The notes: generated by a model not told the origin, from the letters alone. Positions 49,401 through 59,700 are shown, counted from the stretch's first letter. The stretch: DNA of 64,000 nt from Nitrospirota bacterium (GCA_963721805.1 CAVRJY010000006.1:1-64000); one strand, 5' to 3'. Numbers and translations: made by a program.

Positions 49401-51886
49401 CGATGGACGTCACCCGCCCGGTCGGAGACACGACCGACCCCGCTTTCGGGCGCGTTGACCGGTTCAACCAGCCGATCACGGTCAATAACGACGAGGTCAA
49501 TTTCGGCAACGAATACGTCCTGCACTGTCACCTCCTCGGCCACGAGGAAAACGACATGATGCGGCCCATGTTGCTGCAGGTTCCGCCTGAAGCGCCCTCC
49601 GGCATGACCGCGGCAGACGGCTCTGGCGCTATTGAATTGGCGTGGACCGACAACTCAGCAAGTGAGACTGGGTTCATAGTAGAGAGGACGCTGAGCACCG
49701 ACCCGACCTTCGCTAATGCCGTCAGCATTTCCACCGGATCCAGCAGCCCCAATACCGCATACGGAGGGCCGATACTGCTCTCCGACGGTACTGCCACGCC
49801 TGGAACCCCTTACCTTTACAGGGTTCAGGCATTCAAGGACGCATACAGCGAGCTGGTCTACACCTCGCCCCAGAACCCGGCAGCCACCACAAGGCTATTC
49901 TCCGCGTGGTCAACCCTGGCGTTGAACGTCGCTGCCCCTGTTGCAAGCGTATCGCCGGCCTCGCTGGCCTTCGGCAACCAGGTGATCCTGACGTCGAGCA
50001 CGGCGCAGGTCGTGACGCTCACTAACATCGGTTCGTTAGATTTAAACATCGGTTCGATCGGGCTTACGGGCACAAATGCTGCCGATTACTCGCAGATCAC
50101 CTCATGCGGTGCGACCCTGGGCATAGGCTCGAGCTGCACGATATCCGTCACCTTCACACCGGCTACGATAGGCAGCAAGACCGCGAGCGTCTCAATCGCT
50201 TCTAACTCTCTGATCACGCCCCTGCTAGTCCCACTGACAGGGACAGGAATCGGGGCACCGATAGCGGGAGTGGCGCCCACTTCGCTGACGTTCGCAAGCC
50301 AGCAGCTCAACACCACGAGCACGGCGCAGTCCGTGACGCTCTCAAACACCGGCAACCTTCCGCTAACGGTCAACTCAATCGCGATTGGCGGCGGAAACGC
50401 AAGTGATTTCGCGATATCGAGCAACACGTGCGGCGCGAGCCTTGCGGCGGCAGGAAGCTGTACGATCAGCGTCACGTTCACGCCTACGGCGATGAACGCG
50501 CGGACCTCTACGCTGACAGTCAGCAGCAACGACCCGGTCAACCCGGCCCTGAACGTCGCACTCAGCGGGACCGGCGTCACCACGATAGCTGGCGTAGCGC
50601 CTACGTCTCTGACATTCGCAGCCCAGCAGACGTTCACGACCAGCGTAGCGCAGACCGTGACGGTCTCGAACACCGGTAACATCGCGCTTACGCTCAACTC
50701 TGTAGTGATCGGCGGCGGGAACGCCGGAGACTTCGCGATATCGGCCAATACGTGCGGCGCGAGCCTCGCGGCGGCCGGAAGCTGCACGATCAGCGTCACG
50801 TTTACGCCCACCGCGATGAATGCCAGGGCCTCGACGCTGAGCATCAACACCAACGATCCCGTGAATCCGGCCCTGAACGTAGCGCTCAGCGGCACGGGCA
50901 TCACCGTGATAGCGGGAAGGACACCAACATCGCTGACATACGCGTCACAGCCCATGTACACGGCCAGCGCGGCGCAGACCGTGACGGTCTCGAACACCGG
51001 CAACATCACGCTCACGCTCAACTCCATCACAATTGGAGGCGTTAACTCGGGTGACTTCTCGATGTCGAACAACACCTGCGGCGCAACCCTAGCGGCGGCC
51101 GGAAGCTGTACGTTCGGGATCATGTTCATCCCGCAGTCTACAGGGACCAGGACCGCGTCCGTAGCCATCAACAGCAACGACCCGGTCAACCCCACCTTGA
51201 GCGTCACGCTCAGCGGCGTAGGGACCGGAATTACGGTCAGCCCGACTTCGCTGGTTTTCGCCAGCCAACTGGTTGGCACTACCAGCACAGCACAGATAGT
51301 CACTATGTCCAACAATGGCGGCACAGCGATAGCGATATCCAGCATCGCCGTCTCAGGCTCAGACTTCACGAGCGGCTTCACAAAGACATGTGGCGCTTCT
51401 CTGGCAGCGGGCGCAAGCTGTACGATGAGCGTCAAGTTCAGGCCGGTTGCGGTTGGTCTGAGGACCGGTACGATTACGATCGTCGACGCGGACCCCACCA
51501 GCCCGCAGGTAGTAGCTCTCAGCGGGACGGGGGCAGCACCGACGGTCTCAGTAACGCCTGCCTCGATCAACTTCGGTAGCGTGACGCGCGGCACGACGTC
51601 AGCGGGCCAGCTTGTCACGGTAGCCAACACCGGAACGGTACCGATGAAATTTGCGTCAAATGGAGCGTTCACCCTGGGCGGGACGAACCCTAACCAGTTC
51701 AGAGTCGCGACAGGGGGCCTGTGCGCGAACGGCAAGACCCTGCCCGCCGGACAGAGCTGCAGCGTAACCGTGAGGTTCAAGCCCACCTCTAGAACTTCCA
51801 AGGGGCTTAAGACCGCGACCCTGAGAGTCAAGGATAATGCACCGCCGAGCCCGCAGACGGTCTCTCTGAGCGGAACAGCACAGTAG
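46460..51886 (+). CDS. Large secreted multicopper oxidase (Geobacter OmpB-like) with FN3-like and six Ig-like domains
   Basis: Signal peptide; HLHGG, FYHEH, HAIHFH, HCHLLGHEENDMM; WTDNSASETGF FN3-like; six 'PxSLxF..LxGTG' repeats. Confidence 0.88.
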   Translation: MRQAVFLVRVLMILSAFFAMAAGNVFAGPSATDPVYNCEGRRCTTNEMREAAAASSADWRNQILQSRQGTLAPLPSRSSSFGGPAHAPAVSTPGFPITVAPGDLYFGIYSNYALSPLPRGPVGVITINNGGFAYNSPSVYILDFYGAGTGASAGAVTLDPLTGSIMNIAVASGGSGYVAPVVIINDTTGGGAVATATVTPDPGTGIRKFVDDLPGICDVTGLSNTLGACMPLAKADTATFPGSDYYQIGINNFSTKMHTDLPPTLLRGYTDLSPLADGLTHYLGPIILAQRDRPVRVRVTNNLPLSTDPAGQQFIPVDTTYMGAGLDPSGLPYSQNRAVVHLHGGATPWISDGTPHQWITPAGDPANTKKGISFRNVPDMITNSTVFPVPPAEDDGIATNYYTNQQSGRLMFYHEHAYGITRQGVYSGLAAPYLLVDPAQEALLYNATVPGTILANSTGAIDLSISDVQHVIPLVIQDKTFVDAQTIAMQDPTWQWGSQIGNAVTGDLWFPHVYMTNQWPDNPDLSGTNAMGRWDYGPWFWPPQDPSTFVAGGQPYACTASGTVPIATTCPGTPNASGVPEAFVDTPVLNGAAYPVLHVAPEAYRFQILAAGNDRMWNLQLYQAYDPITNTVGAGTEVKMVPAVPGNWPVGWPTPDGRDGGFPDPTTMGPNFIQIGMEGGLLPAPYVVPNRPVGYDYNRRSITVLNVLEKALWLGPAERADVIVDFTAYAGKTLIVYNDAPAPVPAFDSRNDYYTGDKDQTSTGGAPATVAGYGPNTRTVMQIVVDKPATGAPAFNLATLQSQMLSIFNATQDPVIAPETAYGGASDTYSHIQDTSLTFTPMGMANAVTYGMKSKAIQELFTLDYGRMNATMGSEIPSTNFLNQTTIPLGYVDPPTEYFQNGETQIWKITHNGVDTHAIHFHLFTVQLLNRVGWDGQIKPPAPFEMGWKDTVLMNPLEDAIVAMKAVQPTLPWPLEDSVRPMDVTRPVGDTTDPAFGRVDRFNQPITVNNDEVNFGNEYVLHCHLLGHEENDMMRPMLLQVPPEAPSGMTAADGSGAIELAWTDNSASETGFIVERTLSTDPTFANAVSISTGSSSPNTAYGGPILLSDGTATPGTPYLYRVQAFKDAYSELVYTSPQNPAATTRLFSAWSTLALNVAAPVASVSPASLAFGNQVILTSSTAQVVTLTNIGSLDLNIGSIGLTGTNAADYSQITSCGATLGIGSSCTISVTFTPATIGSKTASVSIASNSLITPLLVPLTGTGIGAPIAGVAPTSLTFASQQLNTTSTAQSVTLSNTGNLPLTVNSIAIGGGNASDFAISSNTCGASLAAAGSCTISVTFTPTAMNARTSTLTVSSNDPVNPALNVALSGTGVTTIAGVAPTSLTFAAQQTFTTSVAQTVTVSNTGNIALTLNSVVIGGGNAGDFAISANTCGASLAAAGSCTISVTFTPTAMNARASTLSINTNDPVNPALNVALSGTGITVIAGRTPTSLTYASQPMYTASAAQTVTVSNTGNITLTLNSITIGGVNSGDFSMSNNTCGATLAAAGSCTFGIMFIPQSTGTRTASVAINSNDPVNPTLSVTLSGVGTGITVSPTSLVFASQLVGTTSTAQIVTMSNNGGTAIAISSIAVSGSDFTSGFTKTCGASLAAGASCTMSVKFRPVAVGLRTGTITIVDADPTSPQVVALSGTGAAPTVSVTPASINFGSVTRGTTSAGQLVTVANTGTVPMKFASNGAFTLGGTNPNQFRVATGGLCANGKTLPAGQSCSVTVRFKPTSRTSKGLKTATLRVKDNAPPSPQTVSLSGTAQ
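49930..51880 (+). repeat. Six tandem ~100-110 aa Ig-like (ASH/choice-of-anchor-D-like) coding repeats
   Basis: Units 2-4 similar at DNA level with 324-bp period; each has a Cys pair (TCGASLAAAGSC). Confidence 0.85.
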
Positions 51887-51896
51887 CATAGTTCAT

Positions 51897-51940
51897 AAGA
51901 AATCTCCGGCCACCAGCACATCGGTGGCCGGAGATTTCTT
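51897..51940 (+). terminator. Long hairpin between the two oxidase genes
   Basis: AAGAAATCTCCGGCCACC...GGTGGCCGGAGATTTCTT then TT. Confidence 0.75.
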
Positions 51941-51972
51941 TACTAACGATCCATAATTAAGGAGGGTTTCAC

Positions 51973-54195
51973 GTGAACACTCATAAGCTTTCCTATTTCC
52001 TGGCGTTGGCTTTTACGGTCGCCTTATTTTCATGGACGGCCGGTGTCGACGCAAGCGTTCTCGTCCCGCAAACCGCGCTGCCCGGCGACTGCGTCCCGCA
52101 ATTCGCGGTGCCGATGCCGGTCTTCGGCCCTGCCGGTCCGATCCCCAGGGTGAATGCCCAGCAGCATAACAAGCTGGACGTAAAGATGAAGGAATTCGAC
52201 CAGGCCGTGCTGCCGCAGGGCGGCTCAGACACATGCGGCCTGGGCGTTACCTTTGGCAAGACACGGGTATGGGGATACGAGACATCTGACTCTCACTCAC
52301 ACAGGATCCTCGGGCCCGCAAACTGGCCTGCGGTAACCGTCGAGAACAAACGCGGAGAGCCGACTTGGATCACCTACGAAAACGACCTGCCCGCCTTCAA
52401 TCCCGCCAACGCCTATGGCCCGCCATTCGTGCAGGGGCTTGTGCAGGGGCTTGTGACGACGGACCAGTCGAACAACTGGGCCGATCCCTTCGGGAATACG
52501 TCATATCAGAATTGCGTTGACCCCATTACGGTGGACTGTACTAATCCAGCAAACTCGAGTAACCCTTGCTGCCGTCCGTACACCGGATCGGTTCCGGCGG
52601 TGCCGCACCTGCATGGCGCCGAGACGAGCTCGTTCTTTGATGGCGGCCCTGACGCATGGTTCACGTCCGACGGGATAACAGGCCCGGCGTACAGCACGCT
52701 CAGAGGTGCTGACAGCGGTCAGGCTGTTTACAAATACATTAACAAGCAGGAGGCCGGCACGCTGTGGTTCCACGACCATGCCATGGGCGCTACCCGGACA
52801 AACGTGTACAGCGGACTGGCGGCCTTCTACTTCCTGAGGGACCCGGCCAGAGAGCCGAAGCATCTCCCCAGCGGGCCTTATGAGATCGAGATGGCCATTC
52901 AGGACCGTCAGTTCGACACAAACAGCCAGCTCTATTTCCCTGATGGAAGCGACGCCTTATGCGGCAGCGGGCTGCCTGGCGATCCGTGCCTCAATGGCGG
53001 GCCGCCCAACCCCTCGATACATCCCTTCTGGATACCGGAGTTCATAGGGGACGTCGTGATCGTCAACGGTGCGCCCTGGCCGTACCTCAACGTCGAGCCC
53101 CGGCGCTACCGCATGCGCCTGCTCGATGGCTCCAATGCCAGGATGTATAACCTGAACTTCGGCGGGACCCCTGTCTATGCGATCGGCTCGGATGACAACT
53201 ATATAAATCACCCCGTTTTGGTCGACACGGTCTTCATCGCCCCCGGCGAGCGGGCCGATGTGATCGTCGATTTCTCGGGCATGGCGGGCCAGACCATAAC
53301 GGTCACGAACGATGCGCCGGTCCCGTATCCGAGCGGTCTCATACCGGGCGTGGACCAGCCGGGCATGGCGAACATCGTGCGGTTTAGCGTCAGCGCTTCG
53401 GCCACATCTGCCGACAAGAGCTGCAATCCGGCCGCTGGCGGATGCAAGCGTCCGACCAATATCGTCGCCCTCACCGACGGAAACGGCCACCTCGCACCTG
53501 GCGTGAAGATCGACAAGGTCAGGCAGCTTGTGCTTAAAGAGGTCGAGGGTCCAGGCGGACCGATTGAAGTCATGGTCAATAACAGCGACTATGATGGGAC
53601 ACGGTCTCCCAGTATCGCGGCCTTTTTCCCGGAAGACGGCGTCAGTGAGCTGCCGAGGGTCGGCTCGATTGAGGAATGGGACATCATCAACCTGACCATC
53701 GATGCCCATCCGATGCACACGCACCTGACCCAGTTCCAGGTGCTGAACCGCGAGAGCTACAATACCGACGCAGTGACAGGATATCCCGCCGTTTGGGAGG
53801 CCGCCTTCGGAACGGGTACGGCAGCGCTGCTTAACGGCTGCGTGGCCGGAGTATTCTGCCCCAACTACGGCCCGCCGCTTGATTACCTTACACCCAACGC
53901 AGACGGCGCTATCGGCGGCAACCCGGCCGTCGGTCCTTACCTGCTTGGTGACGCAACACCGCCAGCGGCATATGAGGCCGGGTGGAAGGACACGGCAAAG
54001 GCCATGCCGGGTCAGGTCACGAGGCTTATCATAAGATGGGCCCCGACGAGCACTCCGCTTAAGAAGGGCAAGTCCATGGCGGGCAAGAACCAGTACAACT
54101 TCGATCCCACGGCTGGACCGGGCTATGTCTGGCACTGCCACATTATCGACCATGAGGACAACGAGATGATGCGGCCTTACAAGGTCGCACCGTAG
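51973..54195 (+). CDS. Secreted CotA/bilirubin-oxidase-like multicopper oxidase
   Basis: SD AAGGAGG, GTG start; HLHG, WFHDH, HPMHTH, HCHIIDHEDNEMM. Confidence 0.92.
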   Translation: MNTHKLSYFLALAFTVALFSWTAGVDASVLVPQTALPGDCVPQFAVPMPVFGPAGPIPRVNAQQHNKLDVKMKEFDQAVLPQGGSDTCGLGVTFGKTRVWGYETSDSHSHRILGPANWPAVTVENKRGEPTWITYENDLPAFNPANAYGPPFVQGLVQGLVTTDQSNNWADPFGNTSYQNCVDPITVDCTNPANSSNPCCRPYTGSVPAVPHLHGAETSSFFDGGPDAWFTSDGITGPAYSTLRGADSGQAVYKYINKQEAGTLWFHDHAMGATRTNVYSGLAAFYFLRDPAREPKHLPSGPYEIEMAIQDRQFDTNSQLYFPDGSDALCGSGLPGDPCLNGGPPNPSIHPFWIPEFIGDVVIVNGAPWPYLNVEPRRYRMRLLDGSNARMYNLNFGGTPVYAIGSDDNYINHPVLVDTVFIAPGERADVIVDFSGMAGQTITVTNDAPVPYPSGLIPGVDQPGMANIVRFSVSASATSADKSCNPAAGGCKRPTNIVALTDGNGHLAPGVKIDKVRQLVLKEVEGPGGPIEVMVNNSDYDGTRSPSIAAFFPEDGVSELPRVGSIEEWDIINLTIDAHPMHTHLTQFQVLNRESYNTDAVTGYPAVWEAAFGTGTAALLNGCVAGVFCPNYGPPLDYLTPNADGAIGGNPAVGPYLLGDATPPAAYEAGWKDTAKAMPGQVTRLIIRWAPTSTPLKKGKSMAGKNQYNFDPTAGPGYVWHCHIIDHEDNEMMRPYKVAP

Positions 54196-54275
54196 CAATG
54201 TATTAACCGGCGATGGGGGAGGACGGCTTATGCCGCCCTCCCCCATCGCTGCAACTCAATGCGATAGGGAGGTCA

Positions 54276-55010
54276 ATGGTGAGATTTGTCTTGGCGATTA
54301 TTTTGTGCACAGTACTGCTGGCTCAAATCGGCTGGGCGGCGGAGCAGCCCGGCATGAAGGACCAGAAGGCCAAAGACAGCTATAGCCTGGGGTATGAATT
54401 CGGTGGCAGCCTGCATGAACAGGCGGTTGAGGTCGATAGGGATTTGCTGTTTAAGGCTATCTCCGATGCCCTGGACGGCAACCCGCCCGCATTGAACCCT
54501 CAGGAAATCAGAGAGACCCTGACTGAGCTGAAGCGCAAGGTGGCGATAGCGCAGGAAGTGCGCAATCGTGAGGATATCGCAAAAAATCTTGAGGCTGGAA
54601 GGGCCTTCATGGTCGCCAACAAGCTCAAAGAGGGAGTAAAGACCCTGCACAGCGGCCTTCAGTATAAAGTCATCAAGGAAGGCAATGGTCCGATCCCAAA
54701 AACGAGCGACAGGGTCAGGGTCAACTATCGCGGCACTTTGATTGACGGGACGGAGTTCGACAGTTCGTATAAGCGTGGCGAGCCGATCGATGTCCGGGTA
54801 ACCGGCGTGATCCCCGGCTGGACAGAGGCGCTTCAACTCATGAAAACCGGCTCGAAGTGGCAGATTTACGTCCCAGCGTCCCTTGCATACGGTGAACGCC
54901 GGACCGCACGCATCCCGCCTAGCAGCACACTGATCTTTGACATCGAACTTTTATCCATCGTGCGCCAGCAGGAAGCGCCGATGAAGAATACGAAGCCTGC
55001 AGGCAACTAG
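54276..55010 (+). CDS. Periplasmic FKBP-type PPIase (Mip/FkpA-like)
   Basis: SYSLG, SGLQYKV, YRGTLIDGTEFDSS, VIPGWTEALQLM. Confidence 0.93.
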   Translation: MVRFVLAIILCTVLLAQIGWAAEQPGMKDQKAKDSYSLGYEFGGSLHEQAVEVDRDLLFKAISDALDGNPPALNPQEIRETLTELKRKVAIAQEVRNREDIAKNLEAGRAFMVANKLKEGVKTLHSGLQYKVIKEGNGPIPKTSDRVRVNYRGTLIDGTEFDSSYKRGEPIDVRVTGVIPGWTEALQLMKTGSKWQIYVPASLAYGERRTARIPPSSTLIFDIELLSIVRQQEAPMKNTKPAGN

Positions 55011-55075
55011 CAAGAGCCCGTTTCGGTATCGATATGTTACTTGACGGCAGCAACTAATGGTGAGATAATTTTTTC

Positions 55076-55132
55076 ATGCTGATTGCGGGGCTGGTCACTG
55101 CCGCATATGTGCTGTATCTTGGCCTAATGTGA
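55076..55132 (+). CDS. Candidate 18-aa hydrophobic leaderless peptide
   Basis: TTGACG-N17-GATAAT-N6-ATG; MLIAGLVTAAYVLYLGLM. Confidence 0.35.
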   Translation: MLIAGLVTAAYVLYLGLM

Positions 55133-55296
55133 GAACGGCCATCGGGGGCGCAATAGTAGTTGCCGCCTGCCAGGCGGCCAAATGCTTAATGGAAGATAGC
55201 CGAAGTCACGCCGTTTCATTGCGTCGGCCAACTTGAGTTTAGGGCGTTCATAAGGATCAGCCAGAGCCAAGTCCTGCAGCAAGCGAGGAACCCTGC

Positions 55297-56277
55297 ATGT
55301 TCATTGTTATGATTGCATCGGAGTGCGCGCCGGTCGCGAAGGTCGGCGGCCTCGGCGACGTCGTATACGGCCTGAGCCGCGAGCTCGAGTGGCGGGGCAC
55401 GCGGTCGAGATAATTCTGCCGAAGTACGACTGCATGCGCTACGACCACATCTGGGGACTCGATGTCGCTTACCAGAACCTGTGGGTGCCGTGGTTTAACT
55501 ACCATATCCACTGCACGGTCTACTTCGGCTTTGTGCACGGCCGGAAATGCTTCTTCATTGAGCCGCACTCGTCCGACAACTTCTTCAACCGCGACACCTA
55601 TTACGGCTTCCCTGACGAACACATGCGTTACGCCTTCTTCTCCAAGGCGGCGCTTGAATTCATGTACCACTCCGGCAAGCGGCCCGAGATCATCCATACT
55701 CACGACTGGCAGACGGCGCTGGTGCCGCCGCTCATGACTCAGATAGCCGACGGCGAAAACGGCGGCGTGATGATGAACGAATTCCCGTCGAAGTACATGG
55801 ACGTGATGCGCGAGGCGAGCCACTCCGAGTGCCCGCCGATGAACGCAACCGAGTACCTCGAGCACCTATTCGCCTCAGGCGTTACCGAGGCCTCGCTGCC
55901 TGCTGTTCAGCCGCTATTCCACAAGCTCATCTGGGAGCGAATGAAGCCCGGCGACGGGCCTGAGAAGCTCGCCCGGACGATAAGCGCAATCAGGGACGAA
56001 AACCACCGCCCACATGGAGGGCGGCTGGACGAACAACATGTCGTGGGTGCGCGGCTACAAAAACGTGCTGAAGCCGATGGAAGCGACCAGCTCGCTTTTC
56101 TTCACGAAGGTGATCGAGCTCGGGGTGCCGACATCCGAGCACCGCTACCGTAACGCACTGTTTCACTTGTTGTCGTCCGAAACCAGCTGCTACCGCTACT
56201 GGGGCGAGGGCATCTGGACCGACTACGGACGCGAACTGTGCCGGCGCACCGAGGCGATACTGAAATATGACTTCTGA
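55297..56277 (+). pseudogene. glgA: Glycogen synthase N-terminus fused by deletion to a GH57-like C-terminus; two frameshifts
   Basis: MFIVMIASECAPVAKVGGLGDVV..HTHDWQTALVP joined to PLMTQIADGENGGVMMNEFP..SETSCYRYWG; frameshifts near 55395 and 56010. Confidence 0.8.
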
Positions 56278-58607
56278 CGGGGAGTCATCGGGTACGAGGA
56301 AGCCGGTAACACGGCGATCTGCCTCATGCGCCTAACCGAGAGCGTGGAGAAGATCGTTGAGTTGCCGCAAGACCTGAGTCGCCCATAATGGTCGCCCGTA
56401 TCGGATTGATGACCGAGACATTATAAATTCATCAATTAATTCATCTAACTAGCTTGATGCTGTCTTGTCGCAAACTACCGCGGCAGTCAAGTCCTGAGAA
56501 GTAATGCTACGGGGAATTCCCTTAAAATATCCTTGGCATAAAGCGAGGTGGGTTCCTGCTTAATGCACTCTATGACTTCCCCGGTAAAGACGTTGCGGTA
56601 CCTCGATCCCGGCACTTCAAACGGAAGGGCCAGGCTTGTGTCCCCCCATACGTTTTCACCTAACGGATTTGTATCAGGCGTTATAAAGGATGCTAGGAGC
56701 CGCGGCACAACGGTTAATGCCGCCCCACCTCCATCTCTTCGCACGTATGCGCAGATGTGCTCAGCGCCGCCGCCCTTTGCCTCGACCGGAATGTATTCTC
56801 CGGTGGCGAAGAGCCCCCGGTTCGCCCTCCGGATATTAAGTGCCTTCCATGTCAGGTATAGCTTTATCGTCCCGTCGTCCTTCATTGCGGTCAGCTCCCT
56901 TGCAAGCTCAACGTCGGCCTCTCTTTTTTTCAGGGCTTCAAGCGCTGCTATCCTCATCTCGTAGTCGATGGGTCTCCTGTTGTCCGGGTCCACCAGGCTG
57001 AGGTCCCACAGTTCGGTTCCCTGATAGAAGTCCGGCACGCCTGGAGAGGTTATCTTAAGGAGCGTCTGTGAAAGGGAATTGAACATCCCAAAATGCGCGA
57101 CCTGCCGCTGAAATCCGAGGAAATCGGTGAGAAACCGCGTATCCGCAAAGAGCCTGTCGATAAAAAGGGCCATTGCGTCCTCATAGGCCGTGTTCGGGTT
57201 TATCCATCTTGTGTTGACCTTGGCCTCTCTCGCGGCCTTAAATAGATAGTCCTTTATTCTCAGCCTGAATGCCTCGTCCGCTTCGCCAAAGGGCCAGGCG
57301 CCTACAAGGGTCTGATAAAGTAAATACTCATCGTTCCGGTCGGGAATGTGGATTCCCTCGGCCACGGTTTTTTTCTTTTTGTTCATGCGGCTCCATCTCC
57401 CGATGCAGCCCCTCCACTGATCGTTTAATTCCGAGAGCACGTTTAACCGTGCCCTGACATCCTCGCTCCTTTTTGAGTCGTGCGTGGAGGTTGCGCTGAG
57501 GGCGTGAGGCCAGGACTTCGTCCTCTCGATGTTTTTGCCGTGGAAGGTATCGAGCGATGCGCCGAACCTCTCGGGGCTCCCGCCGACCTCGTTTAACGAA
57601 ACCAGCCGGTTATAAATGTAGAAGGCGGTGTCTTCGACCCCTTTTGCCATGACAGGGGCGGTGAATTGCTGAAACCTCATGGAAAAATCGAGGCATTCCC
57701 TTTTTTCGTCTTCATCGCAGCTCTCTGGGTAATCCAGCAAAAGGACGTCTTTCACGAAATCGAAGACTGACGCGCTGATCCCAAGGTTATTGCGCTTTGC
57801 CTTCCCGATGGCCAACTCTATGTATTTGCGATCCCTCTCCGTGACGCCCATGGCCGTGCTATATGTCCTATAGACAGGGAAATAAGCGACGACCTCCACA
57901 AGGGCGTTGATTAGGCTGCTTAACGTAAAATCCCTCGTGTGCCTGTTGTTTTCCGCGATTCTGCTGAGGTAATGCCCGAGGCTGTTAACCTCGCTCGCCA
58001 TGTCAAGCCGCATAATGAGCTTTTTGTTTTCATATACTATGTCCTGGAAATTAGCCTTCCCCTGCACGAACCGGTTATAGATTTCGTCAAACGCCCTCGC
58101 GCACGTCGTATCGACGAAAATTCCGCCCACGGTGTTCATGAAGGCATACCCGGTAGTGCTGAAGACCGGCCAGCCTTCGGGCACCCCCTCGTCTCGAGTG
58201 AGTATCTTTTCGGCTACGATATAAAAGGGCCTGTAACCGAGGTTTTCAGCTAACGCTTCGGCATAGCCGCTGGGATCATAACAGGGCCCTTTTACATTCC
58301 CGTTGCGCATCAGGCCGAAGCAGCATCCCTGGAGCCTCTGTAAATATTCGGATGGGTAATAAAGGCCGTCCGGGTGGTCGACCCTGAGCCCGGTAACCTT
58401 GCCCTCGGCAATCAGACTGAATACAAGCTTGTGGGTTTCTTCGAATACATCGGGGTCTTGCACCCGTATCGCCGCCATCCCGTTAACGTCAAAGAACCGC
58501 CTGTAGTTTATCTCCTCGCCCGCGACCCTCCAGTATGCGAGCCTGTAGGCCTGCTCTCTAAGAATACCGTCGATGAGGTCGAAGCTCCGTGCCTGGCCCT
58601 TTGTCCC

Positions 58608-59700
58608 GCGGATTGTAATGTGAAGTGCAACACCTGTGAAAGAAAAAGCCCATCGTCATCCTGTTCTGTTAGAGTCAAGTACCAACCAGACGAAACAGAG
58701 AGGGAGGGACGATGGGCTACAGTCATTTTAGCATTGATGAGCGGGAGGGCATCGCAAGGATGCGTTATGCGGGGGTGAGCATACGTGAGATCGGGCGCCA
58801 GCTTGGCCGCTCGCCATCGAGCGTGAGCCGGGAGCTGCGGCGCAACACGAAGAAGTCTTTCTATGGCGCGCACGCCGCAACCGTGCTCTATGTCCGCCGA
58901 AGGCATTTTGCGAGCAGACGCCTGAAGCGCTGGCCGGACGGCCTGATCGGCTATGCGATGGCGGGACTTTGCAGGCGTTGGTCGCCGGAGCAGGTGTCGG
59001 GCCGCCTTAAGCTTGACCATCCACATAGCACAGAGATGCGGATATCCTTTGCCACGCTATACAGATGGATACGGCAGGACAGGGCGATGGGGGGCTCGAT
59101 GCATCGCATGCTGAGGCGTAAGGGAAGGAGCTACAGAAAAGCCCGGGGGCCTGAGACCAGGGGCCGGTTCAATGGGGCGTTGAGCATCAGGCAGCGCCCC
59201 GAGATCGTGGTCCGGAAGGGACGCTTCGGGGATTGGGAGGCGGATACCGTCTACGGGTTCGACGGGAAAACGTGCATCGCAACGTTTAACGAGCGCAAGA
59301 GCCTCTACCTTATATCGAGGAAGATGCCGAGGCCCGGCTCGGAGGCGTTGAGGGAGGCCGCCGTATCGGCGCTGGGAGGCCTGCGGCAGGGCATGCGTAT
59401 GACCATGACCGTGGACAGGGGCAGCGAGTTTGCATGCTACAGGGACTTAAAATACATGATGGGGATCGACGTATACTTCGCCGACCCCTATTGCTCATGG
59501 CAGCGCGGCCAGAACGAAAACCTCAACGGGCTGCTGCGGCAGTACTTTCCGAAGGGGATCGACTTCAACACAGTAACGCAGGAGCAGCTGGATCGCGTCG
59601 TTGATGAGATTAACAACAGACCAAGAAAAACGCTGGACTACAGGGCACCCGCCGAGGTTGCGGCAAATGCGCGCCTGTTGCACTTGGCTTGACAATCCAC
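58608..59700 (+). mobile_element. IS30-family insertion sequence, 1093 bp
   Basis: IRs GCGGATTGTAATGTGAAGTGCAACA / GTGGATTGTCAAGCCAAGTGCAACA; TCCC duplicated at 58604-58607 and 59701-59704. Confidence 0.92.
58712..59692 (+). CDS. IS30-family transposase
   Basis: SPSSVSRELRRN, WSPEQ, GDWEADT, DRGSEF, WQRGQNENLNGLLRQYFPKG, NNRPRKTL. Confidence 0.95.
   Translation: MGYSHFSIDEREGIARMRYAGVSIREIGRQLGRSPSSVSRELRRNTKKSFYGAHAATVLYVRRRHFASRRLKRWPDGLIGYAMAGLCRRWSPEQVSGRLKLDHPHSTEMRISFATLYRWIRQDRAMGGSMHRMLRRKGRSYRKARGPETRGRFNGALSIRQRPEIVVRKGRFGDWEADTVYGFDGKTCIATFNERKSLYLISRKMPRPGSEALREAAVSALGGLRQGMRMTMTVDRGSEFACYRDLKYMMGIDVYFADPYCSWQRGQNENLNGLLRQYFPKGIDFNTVTQEQLDRVVDEINNRPRKTLDYRAPAEVAANARLLHLA

Noticed and set aside
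50086..51921. 611-aa minus-strand ORF
   Set aside because: Antisense shadow of Thr/Ser/Ala-rich repeats
59495..59700. Novel C-terminus on the 333-aa TreY ORF
   Set aside because: Read-through into the IS30 right end
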